The notes under the pieces are model-generated. The model saw nothing but the letters and a program-made list of their open reading frames with translations, had not been told where the DNA came from and did not search any database. Shown one piece after another: positions 25,968 to 34,227 of a DNA stretch of 34,227 nucleotides (positions are counted from its first letter, which is position 1; every line of letters starts with the position of its first letter). The position numbers and the translations under genes are program-made. This stretch comes from Desulfobacterales bacterium (GTDB taxonomy: Bacteria > Desulfobacterota > Desulfobacteria > Desulfobacterales > JAHEIW01). The stretch is taken from NCBI GenBank assembly GCA_050123495.1, contig JASFGZ010000003.1:1-34227 (forward strand). Reading direction: 5' to 3'.

Positions 25968-27263
25968 ATGATGCCTGATTTTAAAACCGAGGATATCGTT
26001 AAAAATGTGGGTTTTGTTTCCACACGGATTGCCGGTACGGATGGGGTGTCGCTTGAACTCGAAAAATGGGCGAATGTTTTTGAAAAGCTGGGACTGACCT
26101 GTTTTTATTTCGCAGGTGAGCTGGATCGCCCCCCGGAACGATCCTACCTTGTCGAAGAAGCCCATTTTACCCATCCTGAAGTAAAGGCGGTTTATAACAA
26201 ATCTTTCGGTACGATTACGCGTGACCGCGCTGTCTCCAAAAAAATTTATCATCTGGCCATAAAATTAAAAGACGATTTATACGAATTTGTCGACACGTTT
26301 GGCATTGATCTTATTATTCCTGAAAACGCCCTGACCATTCCGTTGAATATCCCCCTGGGGATCGCTTTAACCGAATTTATTGCAGAGACCAATATCCGTA
26401 CGCTGGCCCATCATCATGACTTTTACTGGGAACGGGACCGATTTATGGTAAACGCCGTGTCGGATTACTTAAATATGGCATTTCCTCCGGTTCTGCCTTC
26501 AATCGAACATGTCGTCATCAACTCGGTTGCTGATGCCCAGTTGAGTTTACGGACCGGTATTTCATCTCATGTTATCCCGAACGTCATGGATTTTGACAAT
26601 CCACCGCCGCCACCGGATGAATATACATTCGATGTAAGACAGGCCCTTGAAATCGCAGACGATGAGCTATTTGTTCTGCAGCCGACGCGCGTGGTTCAAC
26701 GCAAGGGAATCGAGCATGCCATCGAATTGATTCACCGGCTGGGCCGCAAAGCCAAATTGGTGATCTCGCATGCCTCCGGTGATGAAGGTTATGACTATGA
26801 ACAGCGACTGAAAGAATATTCCAAGCTGATGAAGGTCAACACGATTTTCGTTTCCGACATCATCAATGAGGAAAGAGGCACAACCAGCGACGGAAGAAAA
26901 ATTTACACGCTTGAAGACATTTATCCGTATGCGGACCTGGTCACCTATCCATCCACCTTTGAGGGCTTTGGCAACGCATTTTTGGAGACACTCTATTTTA
27001 AAAAACCCATCGTTGTGAACACCTATTCAATTTATCTAAAAGATATTCAGCCCAAAGGATTTAAGGTTATTGAAATTGATGGTTACGTCACAGATAATGC
27101 GGTCAAACAGACAGAACGGGTATTGGACAACCCAGAGCTTTGTAAAGAAATGGTCGATCACGATTATGCCTTGGCAAAAAAGTATTTTTCTTACACGGTT
27201 CTCGAACGCATACTCAGCCATTATATGATTGAACACAATTATATGGCGCCTGAATGCCGGTAG
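25968..27263 (+). CDS. GT4 (GT-B) glycosyltransferase, mannosylglucosylglycerate synthase-like
   Basis: STRIAGTDGVSLE, AHHHDFYWER, QPTRVVQRKGIE, YPSTFEGFGNAFLE (E-x7-E). Substrate assignment is inferred from motifs and neighbours. Confidence 0.8.
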   Translation: MMPDFKTEDIVKNVGFVSTRIAGTDGVSLELEKWANVFEKLGLTCFYFAGELDRPPERSYLVEEAHFTHPEVKAVYNKSFGTITRDRAVSKKIYHLAIKLKDDLYEFVDTFGIDLIIPENALTIPLNIPLGIALTEFIAETNIRTLAHHHDFYWERDRFMVNAVSDYLNMAFPPVLPSIEHVVINSVADAQLSLRTGISSHVIPNVMDFDNPPPPPDEYTFDVRQALEIADDELFVLQPTRVVQRKGIEHAIELIHRLGRKAKLVISHASGDEGYDYEQRLKEYSKLMKVNTIFVSDIINEERGTTSDGRKIYTLEDIYPYADLVTYPSTFEGFGNAFLETLYFKKPIVVNTYSIYLKDIQPKGFKVIEIDGYVTDNAVKQTERVLDNPELCKEMVDHDYALAKKYFSYTVLERILSHYMIEHNYMAPECR

Positions 27264-27276
27264 AAGGAGAGGCTAA

Positions 27277-28971
27277 ATGGAAAGCATGGATAAGGTAAAA
27301 GACCTGCTTAAGAAAATATATGGGCAAGCGACTGGAACGCTTGCCTTAGAACGGATTGCACCGGTAATTGAAAAATATGCCGTTAAAAAAAGCAAAAAGG
27401 AGTCCTATTTCTCCCAGAAAGACGTGGTACTGATCACATACGGCGACTCCTTGAAGAAAGATGGTCAAGCACCCCTGGCAACGCTGCATGCGTTTGCCAA
27501 CCAATACCTGAAAGGCGCTATTTCCAACATTCACTTTTTGCCCTTTTTCCCCTATTCTTCGGATGATGGTTTTGCGGTCATGGACTTTTTTCAGATCGAT
27601 CCCGAACTGGGCACCTGGCAGGAGGTCGCCTCCATCGGCCGAGACTTTGAATTGATGTTTGACTATGTCGTCAACCATTATTCCTCCAAGGGGCAATGGT
27701 TCCAGAATTATCTGGACGGTAAAAACGGATTTACCGAATTTGCCATGGAAGTCGATCCCGCGACCGATCTGTCGATGGTTACCCGGCCCAGATCTTTGCC
27801 GCTTTTATCGGAGTACCAAAAAAAAGACGGTCAAAAGGTTCATCTGTGGACGACGTTCAGTGCCGATCAAATCGATTTTAATTTCAAAAACCTGGATGTG
27901 CTTGAAAAAATGATAGATGTCCTGCTGTTTTATGCCGATCAGGGCGCGACTATTTTAAGGTTGGATGCGATTGCCTATTTGTGGAAGGAAATCGGCACCA
28001 CCTGCATTCACCTGTCTCAGACCCATGATATGGTAAAACTGTTCCGGGCCGTATTGGATCTGGTGGCTCCGGATGTCATCATCCTGACCGAAACCAATGT
28101 TCCACATGATGAAAATATCAGTTATTTTGGCGACGGTCGTGACGAAGCCCAGATGGTTTACAATTTTACGCTGCCGCCGTTGTTGTTTTATTCATTTGTA
28201 AAAGAAGATGCCACGGTTCTATCCAGCTGGGCCAAAGGTCTTTATCTGGAATCTGAACACAACACGTTTTTTAATTTCACGGCATCCCATGACGGCATCG
28301 GTGTCCGTCCGCTGGAGGGTATCCTGGATCCTGAAGAACTGGATGGACTTACCGAAATCGTAAAAGCCAATGCAGGGCAGGTTTCTTACAAGCAAAATCC
28401 CGACGGATCTGAAAGCCCCTATGAATTGAACATTACCTATGTCGACGCTATTTTAGCCGACACAACGTCAAGCAATGCAGAAAAATTTCTGGCGTCCCAA
28501 GCAATCCAATATGCCCTCCCGGGTGTGCCGGCAACATATGTTCACAGTCTGCTGGGCTCACGCAACTGGGTAGAGGGGGTAAAGCAAACCGGCAGGGCCC
28601 GGACCGTGAATCGCGAAAAACTGCAGATCGAAAAAATCATTCCGGAATTAAATGATCCTGAATCCTTTCGCTCGCGGGTCTTTTTCCCGTATCTGAATTT
28701 AATTAAAACGCGCAAGAAACAAAGGGCATTTCATCCCAATGCCGGGTTTGAAATTCTGCAAATCGACCCGAAAGTTTTCGGGATCAAACGATACAGCGAA
28801 AACCAGACGATTTATGCGCTCACCAATATTTCGTCTGAAACCATTTCCGTTTCGCTTTCGCAAACAGCGTCAACCGATCAAACAACCGATTTAATTACCG
28901 GCGAAATGTTAAATACGGCGGCACTTAATCTGGATCCTTATCAGTATGTGTGGCTTGAAGAAAAAAGTTAA
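27277..28971 (+). CDS. GH13_18 sugar phosphorylase, probably glucosylglycerate phosphorylase (YcjM-like)
   Basis: LITYGDS, HFLPFFPYSSDDGF, WTTFSADQID, RLDAIAYLWK, TETNVPHDEN, YNFTLPPL, ASHDGIG, PYELNITY (YExN rather than the YQxN of sucrose phosphorylases). Confidence 0.85.
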   Translation: MESMDKVKDLLKKIYGQATGTLALERIAPVIEKYAVKKSKKESYFSQKDVVLITYGDSLKKDGQAPLATLHAFANQYLKGAISNIHFLPFFPYSSDDGFAVMDFFQIDPELGTWQEVASIGRDFELMFDYVVNHYSSKGQWFQNYLDGKNGFTEFAMEVDPATDLSMVTRPRSLPLLSEYQKKDGQKVHLWTTFSADQIDFNFKNLDVLEKMIDVLLFYADQGATILRLDAIAYLWKEIGTTCIHLSQTHDMVKLFRAVLDLVAPDVIILTETNVPHDENISYFGDGRDEAQMVYNFTLPPLLFYSFVKEDATVLSSWAKGLYLESEHNTFFNFTASHDGIGVRPLEGILDPEELDGLTEIVKANAGQVSYKQNPDGSESPYELNITYVDAILADTTSSNAEKFLASQAIQYALPGVPATYVHSLLGSRNWVEGVKQTGRARTVNREKLQIEKIIPELNDPESFRSRVFFPYLNLIKTRKKQRAFHPNAGFEILQIDPKVFGIKRYSENQTIYALTNISSETISVSLSQTASTDQTTDLITGEMLNTAALNLDPYQYVWLEEKS

Positions 28972-28999
28972 CTTCTATCGATAAGTTGAGGTGGTATCT

Positions 29000-31120
29000 A
29001 TGGCTACAAACGTGTGGGTTGCAAAAGCAAAAGACGGTTTCAATACCCTGGATGTCTCTAAAAAATATATCAACTCCGCCTTGAAATGGCTCGAAGTCTG
29101 GTTAACCGATGAAGCATTTAGCGATTATGTCTCCCAGATTCAATATTTGATTGATACCGGCAAGTGGAGTTTTTTGCTGGATTCTTTTTATCAGGTCATC
29201 CCCTTCGGCACCGGCGGCCGCAGAGGCCTGGTCGGCATCGGTCCCAACCGGATTAATGCCTGGACCATCCAGGCATCCGCCCAGGGCCACTCCCAGTATA
29301 TGATCAAGGCGTTCGGGGCGGCGGCCCGACAACGGGGTGTTGTTCTCACATATGATGTTCGGAAATATACCCAAAAAGGCATTTATGATGATTCCTTGCC
29401 CAATCCCGTCATGGATTTAGACGGCACGCAACTGGCGCTTGCGGCCGCGGAGGTCTATGCAGCCAATAATATTAAAGTCTATATGTATGATGCGGTCAGA
29501 AGCACACCGCAGCTATCTTTCACTATCCGCCATCTTAACGCCGTTTCAGGAGACATGTTCAGTGCCAGCCACAATCTGCCGACCGATAACGGTAAAAAGG
29601 TCTATGATCAATACGGCGGTCAGCTCATTCCGCCCGATGATCAGAACCTGGTTGATGAGGTTACCCAGAATGTCAAAGAGATAAAAACAATGGATTTTGA
29701 TAAAGCCCGGGCACAGGGAATCATAGAGTTTATCGGCAAAGATGTTGATGAGGCTTATTATAAAGCTGTATGCCCGGTATCACTTTCTGATGAACGCAAA
29801 TTGAAAATCGTCTATTCTCCCTTGCATGGAACCGGGCTGACATCAACCTATCCGGTGTTTAAAAAGCTGGGTTTTGACGTCACTCTGGATCCGGCAACTT
29901 CTATTTTAAGCGGAGAATTTGAAAATGTAACCTTCCACATCCCCAATCCGGAAGTCATCGAATCTTTCGACCATTCCCTGCCGTTTGCCAAAGAAGTGGA
30001 AGCGGATATTTTAATCAATACCGATCCGGACGCCGACCGCATCGGCGTTATGGTGAAACACGATGGATCCTGGAAGTTTTTAAGCGGCAATGAAATCGGG
30101 ATCATCCTGACCAATTATGCCATTTCAAAATACAAATCCAAGGGCCGGCTGAACCCGGACAATGTCATCATCAAAACAGATGTCACCACGTCATTGATTC
30201 AAAAAATCGCCGAGAAAAATAAAATCCAATGCATCGGCGACCTGCTCGTCGGGTTCAAATATATCGGTGATCTGATGAATAAAATTGAAAGTGAAAATAA
30301 AATCGATCACTTTATTCTCGGTACCGAAGAAAGCCACGGATATCTGATGGGCAATTATGCCCGCGACAAAGATGCCGCCTGTGCGGCGGTGTGGATATGC
30401 GAACATGCAGCTGAACTCAAAAAGAATAAAAAAACCCTGTTAGATGATCTGGCCGATATTTATGCCAAATACGGCTATTGTCATAATTATTTAACTGAAA
30501 TCAGGCTATTGGGCGCCAAAGGCATGGAGCAAATTTCGTACATCATGAATCATCTGCGTGATACGAAGATTGATTCCTTCGGTGAATTCAGCGTCCGTAA
30601 AAAAATCGATCGCCGGGACGGCGAACCGCAACCGCATCTGTCGCGCACCGATTCGTCTGCGCGCAATATGCTGGTTTATCATATGGACAATCGTCCGAAT
30701 ATAACCGCCATGCGGGTAACCGTGCGCCCCTCCGGCACGGAACCGAAGATTAAAATGTATTTCGAGGTGTTCGGCAAACCATTTAAAATGGAAAATATTG
30801 ATTCCGAAAAGAAGAAAGTCATCAACATCCGCGAAGATTTGGAAAAAACATTCATGCAGTATTGCTATAACCTGCTCGACGTTGATTTTCCGGATAGAGG
30901 CTTTTTACTGTTCTGGCAACTACCCCTTGATGATAAATTAAAGTATTTTGAAATTGAAGACGGCATCACCCGTCTGAAACGCATCTCCGATCATGACGGA
31001 CGCAAAAAAGAATTATTCAAACTGCTGGAATTTCTCGGAGCCAATCCGATCGAGAAAGTGAATAAAGCGTTCCAGGAGAAGTATCAGGCGGGAATACTGG
31101 AGTACCTGGAGCTGTCTTAA
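29000..31120 (+). CDS. Alpha-D-phosphohexomutase (phosphoglucomutase/phosphomannomutase) with C-terminal extension
   Basis: FGTGGRRG, SASHN (phospho-Ser), DPDADR (metal loop), EESHG, RPSGTEPKIK. GAGGTG RBS before ATG 29000. Confidence 0.9.
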   Translation: MATNVWVAKAKDGFNTLDVSKKYINSALKWLEVWLTDEAFSDYVSQIQYLIDTGKWSFLLDSFYQVIPFGTGGRRGLVGIGPNRINAWTIQASAQGHSQYMIKAFGAAARQRGVVLTYDVRKYTQKGIYDDSLPNPVMDLDGTQLALAAAEVYAANNIKVYMYDAVRSTPQLSFTIRHLNAVSGDMFSASHNLPTDNGKKVYDQYGGQLIPPDDQNLVDEVTQNVKEIKTMDFDKARAQGIIEFIGKDVDEAYYKAVCPVSLSDERKLKIVYSPLHGTGLTSTYPVFKKLGFDVTLDPATSILSGEFENVTFHIPNPEVIESFDHSLPFAKEVEADILINTDPDADRIGVMVKHDGSWKFLSGNEIGIILTNYAISKYKSKGRLNPDNVIIKTDVTTSLIQKIAEKNKIQCIGDLLVGFKYIGDLMNKIESENKIDHFILGTEESHGYLMGNYARDKDAACAAVWICEHAAELKKNKKTLLDDLADIYAKYGYCHNYLTEIRLLGAKGMEQISYIMNHLRDTKIDSFGEFSVRKKIDRRDGEPQPHLSRTDSSARNMLVYHMDNRPNITAMRVTVRPSGTEPKIKMYFEVFGKPFKMENIDSEKKKVINIREDLEKTFMQYCYNLLDVDFPDRGFLLFWQLPLDDKLKYFEIEDGITRLKRISDHDGRKKELFKLLEFLGANPIEKVNKAFQEKYQAGILEYLELS

Positions 31121-31143
31121 GCCGGCAAGGCCTATAATTAATA

Positions 31144-31154
31144 ATTGCGGATTG
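31144..31154 (+). repeat. Minimal remnant of the ATTGCGG arm
   Basis: ATTGCGGATTG 23 nt after the phosphohexomutase stop. Short, so supported only by position and polarity. Confidence 0.4.
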
Positions 31155-31218
31155 ATTCTTAATAACCATTGTCTATAGCAATTAATCTACTTAACATAAC
31201 GCAGTACGAGGAAACCCC

Positions 31219-32649
31219 ATGCCTTTTCCTGCCAACAAAACTAAAATTGTATGCACCATCGGACCGGCCTCGGATTCCCCGGAAGTTTTGGAAAAAATGA
31301 TCCGTGCCGGCATGAACGTTGCGCGGCTTAATTTTTCCCACGGTGATTTCGCAAGCCACGGGGAGGCCATTCAAAAAATTCGGGCCGCATCCAAGGCTGC
31401 CGAAAAACGGGTGGCCATTATGGCCGATCTACCCGGTCCCAAAATGCGAATTGGAGAATTTGAAAAGGAGCCCATTGAATTAGAATCCGGTGATTCCTTT
31501 ACCTTGACAACCGAGGAAATTATTGGTGATGCAAAGCGCGTAACGGTTAGCTTTTCGCGCTTACCTAAAGCTGTCAAGGCGGGTGATACACTGTTTCTAA
31601 ATGATGGGCTCATCCAGCTTGCAGTGGAAAATGCGACGGGAAGCGATGTGAATTGTAAAGTTCTGGTGGGCGGCGAACTCCGCTCCCGCAAGGGGCTGAA
31701 TTTACCCGACATCGACCTGGGGATCAGCGCCTTCACAGACCGCGATCATGAATGCTTGAAATTTGCCCTGGAAAACGGCGTGGATGCCGTCAGCCAGTCT
31801 TTTGTTGAAAGCGGACAGGATATCATGGCTGTCCGTAAAGCGGCCGCGGATCTGGGTCAAGATCCTTTTATCATCGCTAAACTCGAGCGCATCACCGCAC
31901 GCAATTACATCGACGAGATCCTCGAGGCAGCCGACGGCGTCATGATTGCCCGGGGTGATCTGGGCGTTGAAATCCCCATCGAAAAAATCGCCATCGCTCA
32001 AAAGCTTATCATGGAAAAGGCCAACCTGGCGGGCAAACCGGTGATTACCGCCACCCAGATGTTAGAGTCCATGACACATAACCGCCGGCCCACCCGGGCA
32101 GAGGCCACCGATGTAGCCAACGCCATATTGGATGGTACCGACTGTGTCATGCTATCCGGGGAATCTGCCATGGGAAAATACCCGGTTGAAGCGACTGTGA
32201 TGTTAACTAGAATTGCAGGCGCCATCGAACCTTACCGCAGCATCAATCCCATCAAGGGAAAACTGACATCCCGCCGTGAAGATGACGACGTAAAACTTGA
32301 AAATTTGATTGCCTTAAGTGTTGAAACCACTCTGCAGCGCATCACACCACCGACGGTCATTGTACCCACCCGCAGCGGGGCAACGGCAAGAAATATTACC
32401 CGCTTTAGGCTGCCCGTATGGATTACTGCGTTCAGCCGTTATGAAAAAACATGTCAGGATCTGATGTTTTCCTATGGCGTGATGCCAATTTGTGAGCCAG
32501 AGCACCCGGATGACTGGAAACCATGGGCGCGAAACTGGCTACAAACCATTGGGGAGGTTGGAAACCTGGTCGTCTTGACCGAGGGACCGTCTAAAAGGCA
32601 TCCGCATCGCAACAACCGTATGGAGATACTGGACCTGAGCCGGACATAA
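31219..32649 (+). CDS. pyk: Pyruvate kinase
   Basis: KTKIVCTIGPAS, ARLNFSHG, DLPGPKMR, IAKLE, MIARGDLGVE, ATQMLESM, RPTRAEATDVANAILDGTDCVMLSGESA. Confidence 0.97.
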   Translation: MPFPANKTKIVCTIGPASDSPEVLEKMIRAGMNVARLNFSHGDFASHGEAIQKIRAASKAAEKRVAIMADLPGPKMRIGEFEKEPIELESGDSFTLTTEEIIGDAKRVTVSFSRLPKAVKAGDTLFLNDGLIQLAVENATGSDVNCKVLVGGELRSRKGLNLPDIDLGISAFTDRDHECLKFALENGVDAVSQSFVESGQDIMAVRKAAADLGQDPFIIAKLERITARNYIDEILEAADGVMIARGDLGVEIPIEKIAIAQKLIMEKANLAGKPVITATQMLESMTHNRRPTRAEATDVANAILDGTDCVMLSGESAMGKYPVEATVMLTRIAGAIEPYRSINPIKGKLTSRREDDDVKLENLIALSVETTLQRITPPTVIVPTRSGATARNITRFRLPVWITAFSRYEKTCQDLMFSYGVMPICEPEHPDDWKPWARNWLQTIGEVGNLVVLTEGPSKRHPHRNNRMEILDLSRT

Positions 32650-32670
32650 AAAAGCGCCATGGCGCTTTTT
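32649..32670. terminator. Perfect 22-bp palindrome, intrinsic terminator-like in both directions
   Basis: AAAAAGCGCCATGGCGCTTTTT at the pyk stop; GC stem followed by a T5 tract. Confidence 0.6.
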
Positions 32671-32673
32671 CGT

Positions 32674-32709
32674 TAATTGGTTGAATTTGTTAAATTGGTT
32701 TTATTGGTT
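32674..32709 (+). repeat. 9-bp tandem repeat x4 (nnATTGGTT)
   Basis: TAATTGGTT GAATTTGTT AAATTGGTT TTATTGGTT. Confidence 0.75.
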
Positions 32710-32725
32710 AGAACCGGAGGAGAAT

Positions 32726-34069
32726 ATGAACTCAAATACTGGAAAGATGCGGGAACATGCCATGCAGATCTTTCAGGCCGGCTTACAGGCAGTAGACCCG
32801 GTGGAGGCCATTAAGCGTCACACCAGATTAGAAAAAGATCTTCTTTTTATCGGCGACCGGCAATTCAGCCTTAAGGATTATGATAGAATTATAGTGGTGG
32901 GTGCCGGAAAAGCCGCTGCCCCCATGGCCAGAACCGTGGAAGAACTTCTGGGAGATCGCATTTCGAACGGGGTCGTTGTTGTCAAAGATGAACACGGCTT
33001 ACCTTTAGAGAAAATAAAGGTTTGCGAGGCCAGTCACCCAGTCCCGGACAAACGCGGGGTAAAGGGTACGGAGGAAATCCTCTCCCTGGTAGAAAAAGCA
33101 GGTGAACGCGATTTGATCATTTGCTTGATTTCCGGAGGGGGATCTGCACTTTTAATTGCGCCGGTTAAGGAAATATCGCTTGAAGACAAACAAAATGCCA
33201 CAAAACTTTTATTGGCAAGCGGTGCAACGATCCATGAGTTTAACACCGTCCGTAAACATCTTTCCCGGGCCAAGGGGGGCCGACTGGCACAGATGGCCAA
33301 TCCCGCTACCATTACCAGCCTGATCCTTTCAGATGTGGTGGGGGATGATCTGGATGTGATTGCATCAGGACCGACGGTTCCAGATTCCAGCACGTTTGAA
33401 GACGCCGAACAGATACTCAAAGGCTATGGCATCTGGGATCAGCTGGCGTCATCTGTCCGCAACCATATTGAGAAAGGATCCTCCGGCCAAATAGCGGATA
33501 CACCGAAATCAGATAATGCGGCTTTTTTAAAATGCTCCCAGGTGCTGGTTGGAACCAATCTGCACGCCTTGAAAGCTGCCGGCCAAGCAGCTCAGAGGCT
33601 TGGATATCGCCCTTTGATTCTTTCTTCCAAAGTAGAGGGTGAAGCCCGCGAGGTGGCCAAGTTTTATACCGCCATCGCCAAGGAGATCCTCGCATCAGCG
33701 CATCCAATGGAACCTCCTGTGTGCGTACTTGCCGGGGGAGAAACCACCGTAACCCTCCAGGGAGATGGCCGCGGCGGCCGCAACCAGGAGTTCGCACTGG
33801 CAGCGGCGCTGGCAATCGAGGGGTTAGACAAGGTCATCGTGCTGAGCGGCGGCACCGACGGGACAGACGGTCCTACGGATGCGGCCGGCGCTATCGCCGA
33901 CGGCACCACCATGGCACGCGCCCGTGAAAGCGGTCTGGATCCGAAAGATTTTCTTGAGCGCAATGATTCCTACAACTTCTTTCAGAAACTGGATGATCTC
34001 GTAATGACAGGGCCAACGCGCACCAATGTGATGGACCTGTACATGCTGGTGGTGGGCAGCGCTAAATAA
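32726..34069 (+). CDS. Glycerate 2-kinase, class II (GckA/TtuD; DUF4147 + MOFRL)
   Basis: VGAGKAAAPMA, ASHPVPD, LISGGGSALL, RKHLSRAKGGRLA, SDVVGDDLDVIASGPT, GGETTV, GGRNQE, GTDGTDG, TGPTRTNVMD. Start ATG 32726 after GGAGG. Confidence 0.92.
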   Translation: MNSNTGKMREHAMQIFQAGLQAVDPVEAIKRHTRLEKDLLFIGDRQFSLKDYDRIIVVGAGKAAAPMARTVEELLGDRISNGVVVVKDEHGLPLEKIKVCEASHPVPDKRGVKGTEEILSLVEKAGERDLIICLISGGGSALLIAPVKEISLEDKQNATKLLLASGATIHEFNTVRKHLSRAKGGRLAQMANPATITSLILSDVVGDDLDVIASGPTVPDSSTFEDAEQILKGYGIWDQLASSVRNHIEKGSSGQIADTPKSDNAAFLKCSQVLVGTNLHALKAAGQAAQRLGYRPLILSSKVEGEAREVAKFYTAIAKEILASAHPMEPPVCVLAGGETTVTLQGDGRGGRNQEFALAAALAIEGLDKVIVLSGGTDGTDGPTDAAGAIADGTTMARARESGLDPKDFLERNDSYNFFQKLDDLVMTGPTRTNVMDLYMLVVGSAK

Positions 34070-34175
34070 TTTCGAATTTAGGATTGCGGCCTGCGACACG
34101 TTCAGCGGAGTCGATTGTGGATGGGTTAAAAAAAATGCATCGCATTATTAAATCTGCAATTCGAAATCGATAATC
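34069..34175 (+). repeat. Degenerate paired heptamer arms without cargo after glycerate kinase
   Basis: Left ATTTCGA ATTTAGG ATTGCGG [24-nt insert] ATTGTGG (34069-34120). Right AATCTGC AATTCGA AATCGAT AATC (34151-34175). Confidence 0.7.
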
Positions 34176-34227
34176 ATGCGTCTGTTCGGCTATTGTTTCT
34201 GTTTCAAGACGGCCAACCGCCCGGCTG

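Noticed and set aside
32681-32725. N-terminal extension of glycerate kinase (MNLLNWFYWLE)
   Set aside because: Translation of the 9-mer repeat. GGAGG precedes ATG 32726.
34176-34227. Possible CDS start at ATG 34176
   Set aside because: No clear RBS and too little sequence to support a call.

Overview
A gene-dense chromosomal region. Gene style suggests an anaerobic Desulfobacterota/deltaproteobacterium (inference). Minus strand, left end: an mlaE-mlaF(+degenerate GGDEF)-mlaD-mlaC-mlaA lipid-transport operon followed by a MipA/OmpV-type outer-membrane protein cut by the window edge. Plus strand: pta-ackA interrupted by a frameshifted four-helix-bundle (23S-rRNA-IVS protein/Avd-like) gene bracketed by inverted heptamer arrays, then SRPBCC and PsiE-family genes; a tandem-USP gene follows on the minus strand. 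Next come a V/A-type ATPase operon in the permuted order B-D-I-K-E-DUF2764-A, a 30-codon remnant of a lactate/malate dehydrogenase gene, and a glycolytic/compatible-solute cluster (gpmI, two tandem gap paralogues, pgk, fba, GT4 glycosyltransferase, GH13_18 glucosylglycerate-type phosphorylase, phosphohexomutase, pyk, glycerate kinase). The most unusual signal is a family of short-period intergenic arrays (consensus ATTGCGG and its complement) at 8 gene junctions, always polarised to the transcribed strand. They occur 'filled' (around the four-helix-bundle gene), 'empty' (paired arms, no cargo) and as solo arms. All family assignments come from motif recognition by eye; no searches were run.
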